From Nostoc punctiforme PCC 73102 (GTDB lineage: Bacteria > Cyanobacteriota > Cyanobacteriia > Cyanobacteriales > Nostocaceae): a stretch of DNA of 32,000 nucleotides. Below are positions 24,617 to 32,000 of the stretch, one piece after another. The stretch covers positions 7,680,001 to 7,712,000 of the forward strand of contig NC_010628.1 in assembly GCF_000020025.1 (NCBI RefSeq). The letters are read 5' to 3'. Under the pieces are notes generated by a model. It was not told the DNA's origin and did not search any database. It saw only the letters and a program-made list of their open reading frames with translations. How positions within the stretch are numbered: the stretch's first letter is position 1; every line of letters begins with the position of its first letter. The position numbers and the translations under genes are program-made.

Positions 24617-24914
24617 AAAATAGCCAGAAATTGTTATTTCGTCAGTCTTGGGAACGATTTTGAGGGAACAGGTAGGCGATCGCAGCATAACCCGAAACAC
24701 TTAGCAAACTAACCAAAAAAGCAGCCAAAAAAAAAGTAGACATATAGAATTCTACCCAAATGCCAAATTAACGTTATATTCCACCCAATTCCAAAATCTC
24801 GACACCCATCAAAAAACAAGATTTTGGTTAGATACTTTCAAATTAGCAATTGGGTATGACACAGCCGTGACTACCTTGTGTCAATGCCTTGTATCTCAAG
24901 GGTTTTGGCTCAAC

Positions 24915-26003
24915 TTAAGCCAAAGGCAGAAAAAACCGAAACGTACTGCCAACTCCCAACTCGCTTTCTACCTGAATCTGACCGCCTTGTAGTTCAATCA
25001 AACGACGGGAAATAGTTAAACCAATACCAGTACCTCCCGAATGGCGATCGCGCGATTGGTCGGCTCGCCAGAAACGCTCAAACACATGAGGCAAATTTTC
25101 TGGAGCGATACCAATACCTGTATCTATAACCGCAATCCAGAGAAGAGAAGCTTCAGTCCCAACACGAATGGTAATTGAACCTTCGTTAGTGTAACGCACC
25201 GCATTACCAAGCAAATTAACCAACACCTGTTCTGTACGGTCAATATCCGCCAAGACAAGAGGTAGCACAGATGGACATTGTAAGAGCAGAACTGGCCCAT
25301 CTTCCAACAATTGATCGGTGAATTTCTCCACTAACGACTCTAATAACGGACGCAGATTTACCCGTTGGATATTAATTGGCAAATAACCAGCTTCTGCCTT
25401 AGACAATTCTTGTAAATCGTTCACCAATCGCTCTAAGCGCCTAGTTTCTTTAGCTAAACGCCGATAAATTTCAGGAGACGCTTCAATTTCCCCATCAGCC
25501 AGTTCTTCCAAGTAACCACGCACAACTGTTAACGGTGTCCTTAGTTCATGAGTCATGTCTCCAATCACCTCTCGCCGCCGCGCTTCTACCCCTTCTAAAC
25601 TGGCTGCCATCCGATTGAAACTCGCACCCAGTCCATTCAGCTCTGGAATATCAGACATTGGTAGTCTTGCATCCATCTGACCAGCAGCAAATTTCTGGGT
25701 GATTTGTTCCATCTCCGTCAAGCGCTGCATAATTCGTCTGGACACCCAATAACTCAATCCTCCGGCTGCCGTAGTACCGACTAAAACTGACCAAATAGTG
25801 CTTCGCCGCCAAGCAAGTTCAAATCCTGTAACCAATTCAGTCCGAACATCAATTAAGTCGAACCCCTGATTTTCTAATCGTTCCAAATGCAGCACAAATA
25901 AGCGGGGGGAAGAGATTTTGCTAATGCTCACCAGACTAGCTACCCCCACGATCATTACTACTAAGTGGGAGAAAAATAGGCGCGTTCTCAGCCCCATCTT
26001 CAT
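24915..26003 (-). CDS. Sensor histidine kinase (2 TM with a short ~45-aa outer loop, HAMP, HisKA, HATPase_c)
   Basis: 362 aa. The H-box is MTHELRTPLTVVRGYLE, the N-box LLGNAVRYT, and the G-boxes DTGIGI and GTGIGLTISRRLIELQGG. Confidence 0.92.
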   Translation of the reverse strand: MKMGLRTRLFFSHLVVMIVGVASLVSISKISSPRLFVLHLERLENQGFDLIDVRTELVTGFELAWRRSTIWSVLVGTTAAGGLSYWVSRRIMQRLTEMEQITQKFAAGQMDARLPMSDIPELNGLGASFNRMAASLEGVEARRREVIGDMTHELRTPLTVVRGYLEELADGEIEASPEIYRRLAKETRRLERLVNDLQELSKAEAGYLPINIQRVNLRPLLESLVEKFTDQLLEDGPVLLLQCPSVLPLVLADIDRTEQVLVNLLGNAVRYTNEGSITIRVGTEASLLWIAVIDTGIGIAPENLPHVFERFWRADQSRDRHSGGTGIGLTISRRLIELQGGQIQVESELGVGSTFRFFLPLA

Positions 26004-26008
26004 AACAT

Positions 26009-26719
26009 TTACGCTACCGGAGGATCTTCAAATTTATAGCCCACCCCAACAACCGTTTTAATAAAAGTAGGACTTGCCGAATCAGGCTCAATCTTTTTTC
26101 GCAACCTAGCTACATGAGTATCAACCACTCGCTCATCGCCGAAAAAGTTATCTCCCCAAAGTTTATCAATTAGTTGAGTGCGATTCCAAACTCGACCAGG
26201 ATTACTAACAAAAGTGGTTAGTAAGTTAAATTCCAGGGTAGTTAAGTCCAAAACTTCAGGTTGCTGAGAATTCATCTGACGGCTAGCAGTGCGCTGGTCT
26301 ACATCAACGATAAAGTGTTGAGTACGATTGACTTGATTCTGTCCCCCTTGGCGGAGGCTACGCCGTAATAATGCCCGCACCCTAGCTATCAACTCTCTAG
26401 GGCTAAAGGGTTTTACCATGTAATCATCAGCACCAGTAGATAGACCAATCACGCGATCGATTTCCTCACCCTTAGCTGTAAGCATTAAAATGTAAGGATC
26501 TTTTGTACCCGGTTTCTGGCGAATTCTGGCGCAAACTTCCAACCCATCCAAACCAGGAATCATTAAATCTAGAATGATTAAATCAGGTGGTTGCTCCTGA
26601 AACATTCGTAAAGCATTTATCCCATCACGACTGATGCGACAAAAAAATCCTTCTTTTTCTAAAGATAATTGGATTAAATGAGCAATTTCTGGCTCATCTT
26701 CAACTATTAAAATATCCAT
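26009..26719 (-). CDS. OmpR/PhoB-family DNA-binding response regulator
   Basis: 236 aa: MDILIVEDEPEIAHLI...DLIILDLMIPGLDGLEVC...LTAKGEE...DDYMVKPFSPRELIARV. The winged-helix C-terminus contains LTTLEFNLL...VDTHVARLRKKIE...IKTVVGVGYKF. The gene ends 5 nt before the kinase start. Confidence 0.94.
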   Translation of the reverse strand: MDILIVEDEPEIAHLIQLSLEKEGFFCRISRDGINALRMFQEQPPDLIILDLMIPGLDGLEVCARIRQKPGTKDPYILMLTAKGEEIDRVIGLSTGADDYMVKPFSPRELIARVRALLRRSLRQGGQNQVNRTQHFIVDVDQRTASRQMNSQQPEVLDLTTLEFNLLTTFVSNPGRVWNRTQLIDKLWGDNFFGDERVVDTHVARLRKKIEPDSASPTFIKTVVGVGYKFEDPPVA

Positions 26720-26746
26720 TTTAATTAATCACAAAACTGGGAGCAG

Positions 26747-26768
26747 ACAAGGGGTAAAATCCCCTTGT
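26747..26768 (-). other. 8-bp-stem hairpin (acaagggg / ccccttgt, 6-nt loop) in the 80-nt spacer between the NYN gene and the response-regulator gene
   Basis: Read directly from the sequence. On the minus strand it is followed by ctgctcccagtttt. It may be an intercistronic attenuator or stabiliser. Confidence 0.35.
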
Positions 26769-26799
26769 TACAAAATAGATAAACTTCCGCCAGAGTGGA

Positions 26800-27495
26800 T
26801 TAAAGGTTTGAATTTGACGGTGTGCGATAACTATAGCCAAGATTAGAATCTTTTTGAATGTGTGCTTTAATACTATCGAGGTCAATGAAGCAGTCAGCAA
26901 CATCAATCAAGCTTTCACTAGTAGTAGTTTGTAGACTCACCACTTCCACCCGAACTCCCATTCTGCTGACAGCGTTCACCGCATAAGCTAAGTCTCCATC
27001 GCCACTGACTAAGACCGCAGTATCATAATAAGGAGCTAGAGTTATCATATCTACAGCAATTTCTACGTTCAGATTTGATTTTTTGAAATTTTCTGCTGGT
27101 TGCATGATATCTTTAGCTACTACACGATAGCCATTACGACGCATCCATAACAGAAAACCCTGTTGCTTTTCATTGCTGTTATCAACCCCAGTATAAAAGA
27201 AAGCCCGCAACAGTCTTGAACCATTGGTTAAATGACAAAGCAATTTAACGTAGTCAATTTCGATGCCCAGTTGTAAAGCTGTATGAAATAGGTTTAAGCC
27301 ATCAATAAAAATAGCAACTCGACCACGATTCAAGCTATTTACAATTGAACTATCAGATGTAGTATCTTGTATTTTAGGCTCTTTACTTTTGACCGTAGTA
27401 TCGCTCAAATTTTGCCCTTGCCAATGTGGTTTAGTTTTGAGTACTTTAGGTTCCTTAAATTCATTTGCTTGTTTGCTAAAATTAGTTATAATCAT
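26800..27495 (-). CDS. NYN-domain (LabA/DUF88-like) putative RNA-binding/nuclease protein with a ~60-aa low-complexity N-terminus
   Basis: 231 aa: RVAIFIDGLNLFHTALQLGIEIDYVKLL...RAFFYTG...NVEIAVDMITLAPYYDTAVLVSGDGDLAYAVNAV..GVRVEVVS matches the LabA-like NYN pattern (the IDG.N and SGDGD acidic clusters). Confidence 0.85.
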   Translation of the reverse strand: MIITNFSKQANEFKEPKVLKTKPHWQGQNLSDTTVKSKEPKIQDTTSDSSIVNSLNRGRVAIFIDGLNLFHTALQLGIEIDYVKLLCHLTNGSRLLRAFFYTGVDNSNEKQQGFLLWMRRNGYRVVAKDIMQPAENFKKSNLNVEIAVDMITLAPYYDTAVLVSGDGDLAYAVNAVSRMGVRVEVVSLQTTTSESLIDVADCFIDLDSIKAHIQKDSNLGYSYRTPSNSNL

Positions 27496-28020
27496 TGATA
27501 CCTCTGATTTTAAAGATGGAAAAAGTTTTGTGTAAATTGTCTATAGTATAGTCTGTGCTAATTTATAACCCTAGCAGGTAATGGTATTAAATCAGTACAT
27601 ACAGATAAAGTAAAATGGTGCTAAACCAGATTCAAAGTAGACAGCCAAAGGTTTTTCAGTGTTGTTAGGGTTGGTTTGATGATATATTGCTTCTGTCCAC
27701 AGATATGTTAATCTTTACCCACCAAGACAGCAAGAGTTTGGAGAAAATAAATTTTAACTGCCAGGTTAGGGGCAAGAATCCGCAAACGTCATCTATCTAT
27801 TTTTATTTTACCTCTGAGTTTTAATAACCTTACAGCCAAGAAGTTGAAAGTTATCGCAATGTCAGGACGCTCAAATACTGGCAGACTGTTAATGTAATAT
27901 GCAATCGCACCTCAAAAGGTAGGTTTTTTAAGGTATTTGGATAATCTTTAAAAGGCAGTTTTTATCTGAATGAGGGGATGTTCAACCTTAAATAGTCAGA
28001 AAAGGCTGATGAAAATACAA

Positions 28021-28052
28021 GATTCCCGACTTCTTTAAAGAAGTCGGGAATC
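28021..28052 (-). terminator. Terminator of desB: perfect palindrome gattcccgacttc-tttaaa-gaagtcgggaatc
   Basis: Arms at 28021-28033 and 28040-28052. It begins 6 nt after the desB stop codon and, on the minus strand, is followed by ttgtattttc. Confidence 0.8.
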
Positions 28053-28058
28053 TGAGTT

Positions 28059-29138
28059 TTAGTCTTTAGCCAACTTATTATTAGATGTGTAGTAAACCCT
28101 ACTACCAGTATCAGGTACAAAATGACAGCTGATACATGAATTCCATAATGACTTCCAAATTGGTTCTTCCGATTTGTGGAAATACTCACCCATCACTGGT
28201 TTGATTGCCTCAGTTGCCTTCAACAAATTGTAGTGAGGGATGTTAAGGAATATATGATGAGCAACATGAGTACCGATATCGTGATGGATATGATTAACCA
28301 AACCATAATCACGGTCAATACTAGAAATTGCACCTTTCAGGAAAGTCCAATCTTCTCCACGATACCAAGGAAGTTCGGGCTCAGTGTGGTGCAAAAATGT
28401 CACCAAATCTAGCCAAACTATAAACACAAGGTAGGGGACAGCGTAATATTTCAGCAACCACATCCAACCCCATTGGTAAGTGAGAAAACCCAACAAACCT
28501 ACCATGCCAATCAAAAGGACAGTGCTAGTAATAACATCCCATTTTTCCGAAGGTTTGAAAAGCGAACTACCGGGTAAAAAGTGGGAGCCTTCTTTATTAG
28601 GAGAACGCTTAAACAGATACACAGGATAGGCCAATAGAAAAACATAATATCTGCCTATCTTTTGTGCTAAAGGCATCTCCTTATATTGTGATTCGCTTAC
28701 TGGATACCAGCTTTCATCGTTATCGATATTGCCAGTATTTTTGTGATGGGTTCTGTGGCTAATTCGCCAACCATGATAAGGAACAAGTATTGGTGTGTGA
28801 GAAAGATGTCCAATCAAATCATTGAGCCATTTATGCTTAGAAAAAGATTGGTGTCCGCAGTCATGGCCGACTACAAACAAAGCCCAAAACATCGTTCCTT
28901 GCATTAGCCAGAAAATCGGAAAGAAAAGCCAAGAATCCAGGTAAGAAGCAACTGCATAAAGCAGACCGATAATCAGGATATCACGAAAGAAGTAAAAAAG
29001 TGATTTTTTCACATTGGGCTGAAAGCATTCAGCAGGAATTGCAGCTTTTAAATCCTGAAGATTGAAAGGTAATTTAGTCGTATCCTCAGACTTTTCAGAG
29101 CCAAGAGGATTGTTGAACGTGATGATGTTTGATGGCAC
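28059..29138 (-). CDS. desB: Omega-3 (delta-15) acyl-lipid fatty acid desaturase
   Basis: 359 aa. The three His boxes are GHDCGH, HRTHH and HVAHH. The N-terminal LPFNLQDLKAAIPAECFQPNVKKSLFYFFRDILIIGLLYAVA and WLNDLIGHLSHTPILVPYHGWRISHRTHHKNTGNIDNDESWYP closely resemble cyanobacterial DesB as I recall it. Confidence 0.9.
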   Translation of the reverse strand: MPSNIITFNNPLGSEKSEDTTKLPFNLQDLKAAIPAECFQPNVKKSLFYFFRDILIIGLLYAVASYLDSWLFFPIFWLMQGTMFWALFVVGHDCGHQSFSKHKWLNDLIGHLSHTPILVPYHGWRISHRTHHKNTGNIDNDESWYPVSESQYKEMPLAQKIGRYYVFLLAYPVYLFKRSPNKEGSHFLPGSSLFKPSEKWDVITSTVLLIGMVGLLGFLTYQWGWMWLLKYYAVPYLVFIVWLDLVTFLHHTEPELPWYRGEDWTFLKGAISSIDRDYGLVNHIHHDIGTHVAHHIFLNIPHYNLLKATEAIKPVMGEYFHKSEEPIWKSLWNSCISCHFVPDTGSRVYYTSNNKLAKD

Positions 29139-29291
29139 TGGATTCTTTTGATTGGATATAAATTAGAACTTTGATTAGGATGCCCACGATACTAGCGATC
29201 GCTAACACACAAAAGGAGTCATTTCTGGCAATTTATCTAAAATTTTATTCAGTAAGCAATTGCCAGATTTTATTAAAACACAGCATGATAA

Positions 29292-29315
29292 ACGCTCTCG
29301 TTGGTTCAAGAGCGT
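29292..29315 (-). terminator. Weak hairpin (acgctct / agagcgt, 10-nt loop) about 20 nt downstream of the desA stop
   Basis: Read directly from the sequence. On the minus strand it is followed by ttatcatgctgtgtttt. The stem is only 7 bp. Confidence 0.3.
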
Positions 29316-29335
29316 GAGTGTAATCACAGGGCTAT

Positions 29336-30403
29336 TTATTGCTCTGTATAATGTTCGTAATGTTCGTTGAAAGTCTTATAACCAACGTCAGTTGTGTACA
29401 GTTGACACTCGTCTGTAATCTGCTTCATTAAAGGCCAAGAAAACTGACACTCATCATGGAGATAAGGCCCCCAATTTTCTTTGATGCTGCTGTAAGCTAG
29501 CCGCAAATTATAAGAAGGGATCGCAGTGGAAATATGATGAGGGACATGAACATTGATATCGTGGCACAGGATTTCTACCCAACGCGGATAATCGCAATGA
29601 ATAGTTCCAGCTAGTTGTGCTAGAGCTTCGTTCCACTTGTTCGCTGTCGCAAAAGGAACATCTGCGGCAGTATGGTGAACAATAGTAAAAGTACTCATCC
29701 AAAAATGGTAAATCATCCAGGGTACTAGCCAGAACTTGACAAATCCCCAGATACCAGTTGTGGCGACCAGAAGCGGGAAAGAGATCGCAGCAAACACAAC
29801 TACTACAGCCACAGAAAGCTTAATACTGGATTGGTCTTTAGTTTTGAAGTTCCGCCAATCAAAATGCACTACAGCCCAATGTCCAATGGAACCTACCCAC
29901 CATAAGCGTTTACGCATGAATAGCTTAAAAGCAGACTGCCTAGTTGTATCCCAATTTTCAAACACTTCTGGTCTGATTGGATGCCAAGCGTTGTCCTCAT
30001 CCAGTTTATTGGTATGAGCATGGTGATAATTATGCTTAATGCGCCAACTGTGAAAGGGGTAAATTAACGGCATCATGAAGAAGTGCCCTACCAAATCATT
30101 TACCCAACGACGTTTGGCAAAAGACCTGTGTCCACAATCATGGCCAATTACAAAAAAACCTGTTAAAGCAGTGCCCGTGAAAATCCAAGCTAGGGGCAAA
30201 AGAAACCAAGGAGTAACGATCAGGCTGTAATAGCCCAAGGCAACTGCCAAGACACTGAGCAGTACTTGTGTCCAAGCTTTGCGACGGTTCTGCTGAAAAC
30301 ATTCCCGTGGAACTGTTTTGATAATATCTTTGAGCCGGAAGTTGGAATTACCAGGCTCGTCACTTAGTTTCTGGCTATTAATTATTGATGTAGTCATGGA
30401 CAC
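29336..30403 (-). CDS. desA: Delta-12 acyl-lipid fatty acid desaturase
   Basis: 355 aa. His boxes: [41 protein letters not shown]. The [13 protein letters not shown]...LIYPFHSWR context resembles cyanobacterial DesA. Confidence 0.9.
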   Translation of the reverse strand: MSMTTSIINSQKLSDEPGNSNFRLKDIIKTVPRECFQQNRRKAWTQVLLSVLAVALGYYSLIVTPWFLLPLAWIFTGTALTGFFVIGHDCGHRSFAKRRWVNDLVGHFFMMPLIYPFHSWRIKHNYHHAHTNKLDEDNAWHPIRPEVFENWDTTRQSAFKLFMRKRLWWVGSIGHWAVVHFDWRNFKTKDQSSIKLSVAVVVVFAAISFPLLVATTGIWGFVKFWLVPWMIYHFWMSTFTIVHHTAADVPFATANKWNEALAQLAGTIHCDYPRWVEILCHDINVHVPHHISTAIPSYNLRLAYSSIKENWGPYLHDECQFSWPLMKQITDECQLYTTDVGYKTFNEHYEHYTEQ

Positions 30404-30702
30404 CTGAAAAACAACAAACTCCTACACCAAGTCACCAAAAAGTAACTTGCCGCAAAAATTCTTCACATTAGCGCTTCGGATTATAGCAACCTAACCTACA
30501 CAAGCGCACCCGTAAATAGATTTTTGAGAAGTTAGTAGCTAGGAGTGATGAGTTTAGATTCTCAACTCACGCCGAATGTGAATTAGAAATGCTTCTTGTG
30601 CCATAAGGATTTCTGTGTCTACCCAAAATCAGGGTTTGAGAAATCGACGGCAAAATAAAAATTCCCAAGCCTGATTCACATTGAACGTAATTCCTAACTC
30701 CT

Positions 30703-30730
30703 GTAGAGACGCGATTAATCGCGTCTCTAC
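30703..30730. repeat. Perfect 28-nt palindromic small dispersed repeat GTAGAGACGCGATTAATCGCGTCTCTAC, flanked by direct tcctaact sequences
   Basis: Read directly from the sequence. It ends 2 nt before the desC stop codon position (30733-30735). Its flanks are ttcctaactcc-t-[palindrome]-tcctaactac. Confidence 0.85.
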
Positions 30731-30732
30731 TC

Positions 30733-31554
30733 CTAACTACTTTTTGCTGGGGCCAACTTTACATTAGTAGCCAGACCAACCGCCTGTAGCAATTGAACAG
30801 TCATCCAGGTTAAATCGATTTCCCACCATTCCAGCCCATGACGAGCTGAGTATTGAAAGGCATGATGGTTATTATGCCAGCCTTCACCGAAAACTAGTAC
30901 GGCTACCCACCAGCAATTAGTCGATTTATCACCAGAATCATAGCTTTGATAGCCAAACTTATGAGTAGCGCTGTTCACCAACCAAGTGCAGTGGTAAACC
31001 CAGACAATGCGAACAAAAATTCCCCAGATAACGAAAGGCCAGCCACCTAGGAGCAAAAGTAATACACCTAGAGCAACCTGGATCAAAATGAAATATTTTT
31101 CTAAAAACTGATAAACTGGGTCTTCTGCAATATCTTTGGTGAAGCGAGGAACATCAGCGTGAGCTGGACAATAATGAGTCAGCCAACCCATGTGGCTCCA
31201 CCAGAAGCCTTTATTAGAATCATGGGGATCGGTGTCAGTATCAGAGTTTAAATGATGAATGCGATGTGTCCCGATCCACTCAATTGGGCCTCCTTGACAG
31301 GAGAGTGTCCCGAAAAAAACCAGGAGATACTCTAGCCACTTGGGAGTTTGAAAACTGCGGTGGGTGACAAGGCGGTGAAATCCTAGAGTAACGCCTAAAC
31401 CGCCAGTCACCCAGTACAGCAAGAAACCCACACCAACTGCTGTCCAGCTAAAGTTACCAGGAACAAAAGCAAATAAAGCGCCGATGTGCAGTCCAATGAA
31501 AAACAGGGTATTAACCCAGTTAATTTGAGGTTTGGTTGAGGTAGCAATTGTCAT
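30733..31554 (-). CDS. desC: Delta-9 acyl-lipid (stearoyl) desaturase
   Basis: 273 aa: GFHRLVTHRSF, THRIHHLNSDTDTDPHD, GEGWHNNHHAF. These are the three His boxes of the delta-9 desaturase family. Confidence 0.93.
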   Translation of the reverse strand: MTIATSTKPQINWVNTLFFIGLHIGALFAFVPGNFSWTAVGVGFLLYWVTGGLGVTLGFHRLVTHRSFQTPKWLEYLLVFFGTLSCQGGPIEWIGTHRIHHLNSDTDTDPHDSNKGFWWSHMGWLTHYCPAHADVPRFTKDIAEDPVYQFLEKYFILIQVALGVLLLLLGGWPFVIWGIFVRIVWVYHCTWLVNSATHKFGYQSYDSGDKSTNCWWVAVLVFGEGWHNNHHAFQYSARHGLEWWEIDLTWMTVQLLQAVGLATNVKLAPAKSS

Positions 31555-31644
31555 GCGATAACCTGAATTTGAATTTTCCCGCCTAGTATGTGCGATCTTA
31601 AAATCCGCATATCTATAATTTAATTTTTTTTGAACGAGGAACTG

Positions 31645-32000
31645 ATGAACAGCTTAGAACAGCTGCGGCAAGCAGAACAGGCACTATTAGAAATTTTTTC
31701 TGGAATTGACACTCAGGTCAAGCATAATCTAAAACGAGTGCTGGATGCTTTTCGTAATCACCGTGTGGGCGCACACCACTTCGCTGGTGTAAGTGGTTAT
31801 GGTCACGATGATTTAGGACGAGAAACTTTAGATAAAGTTTTTGCCGAAGTTATGGGTGCTGAAGCTGCGGCCGTGCGGGTGCAGTTCGTTTCGGGAACTC
31901 ATGCGATCGCCTGTGCTTTGTTTGGTGTTCTCCGTCCTGGAGATGAGATGTTAGCAGTGGTCGGTTCTCCCTACGATACGCTTGAAGAAGTTATTGGTTT
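31645..32000 (+). CDS. YnbB-type methionine gamma-lyase family PLP enzyme ('aluminium resistance protein' family); N-terminal 118 codons, continues past the right edge
   Basis: Absent from the ORF track because it has no stop inside the window. My translation is MNSLEQLRQAEQALLEIFSGIDTQVKHNLKRVLDAFRNHRVGAHHFAGVSGYGHDDLGRETLDKVFAEVMGAEAAAVRVQFVSGTHAIACALFGVLRPGDEMLAVVGSPYDTLEEVIG. This closely parallels the B. subtilis YnbB N-terminus as I recall it. Confidence 0.85.
   Translation, partial: MNSLEQLRQAEQALLEIFSGIDTQVKHNLKRVLDAFRNHRVGAHHFAGVSGYGHDDLGRETLDKVFAEVMGAEAAAVRVQFVSGTHAIACALFGVLRPGDEMLAVVGSPYDTLEEVIG

Noticed and set aside
24287-24700. 137-aa minus-strand ORF
   Set aside because: It is antisense to the clearly OMT-like plus-strand reading frame (24293-24616). 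Its translation has no recognisable motif.
26721-26906. 61-aa minus-strand ORF
   Set aside because: It overlaps the 3' end of the NYN gene and the spacer hairpin and is out of frame with the NYN gene.
27962-30017. ORFs 27962-28189 (-), 28176-28412 (+), 29508-29702 (-) and 29736-30017 (+)
   Set aside because: They overlap desB, desA or the desB terminator in other frames. The desaturase frames carry all the His boxes.

Overview
This window looks like a chromosomal segment from a filamentous, Nostoc/Anabaena-type cyanobacterium. That origin is inferred from many HIP1 octamers GCGATCGC (e.g. 1966-1973, 2155-2162, 4565-4572), 7-nt-periodic STRR-like arrays in intergenic spacers, small GC-rich palindromic dispersed repeats, and the gene content. 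I support about 27 protein-coding genes.

Gene content, left to right:
- An edge-truncated GT-C glycosyltransferase.
- A cbtB-like micro-gene followed by an unusual 4-TM, two-beta-domain membrane protein.
- A divergently oriented putative oxidase/permease iron-uptake cluster: a Tat-exported two-domain multicopper oxidase (frameshifted), a lipoprotein, a Dps/ferritin-like protein and an FTR1 permease.
- A small HExxH protein.
- A lone periplasmic metal/siderophore-type binding protein.
- A GHL10/UPF0748-like protein.
- A DUF255 thioredoxin-domain protein followed by mobA.
- clpP.
- Two tandem paralogues built from a repeated ~60-aa module of unknown function.
- rnr (RNase R) followed by ubiX.
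- A LapA-like membrane protein with an acidic tail.
- A degenerate orphan mini-CRISPR array beside a gutted O-methyltransferase gene.
- A NYN/LabA-like gene followed by an OmpR-type response regulator and a histidine kinase.
- The desC-desA-desB fatty-acid desaturase cluster.
- The 5' end of a YnbB-type PLP enzyme gene.

No rRNA or tRNA genes, transposases or cas genes were recognised.

Most worth a second look:
1. The repeated-module paralogue pair, with an 80-nt tract of perfect identity between the two genes.
2. The cbtB-like gene with a non-canonical partner, sitting next to the MCO/FTR1 cluster.
3. The decayed CRISPR and pseudogene scar.
4. The long GC-rich leader with long-range pairing upstream of rnr.

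All functional calls rest on reading motifs by eye. No database search was run.
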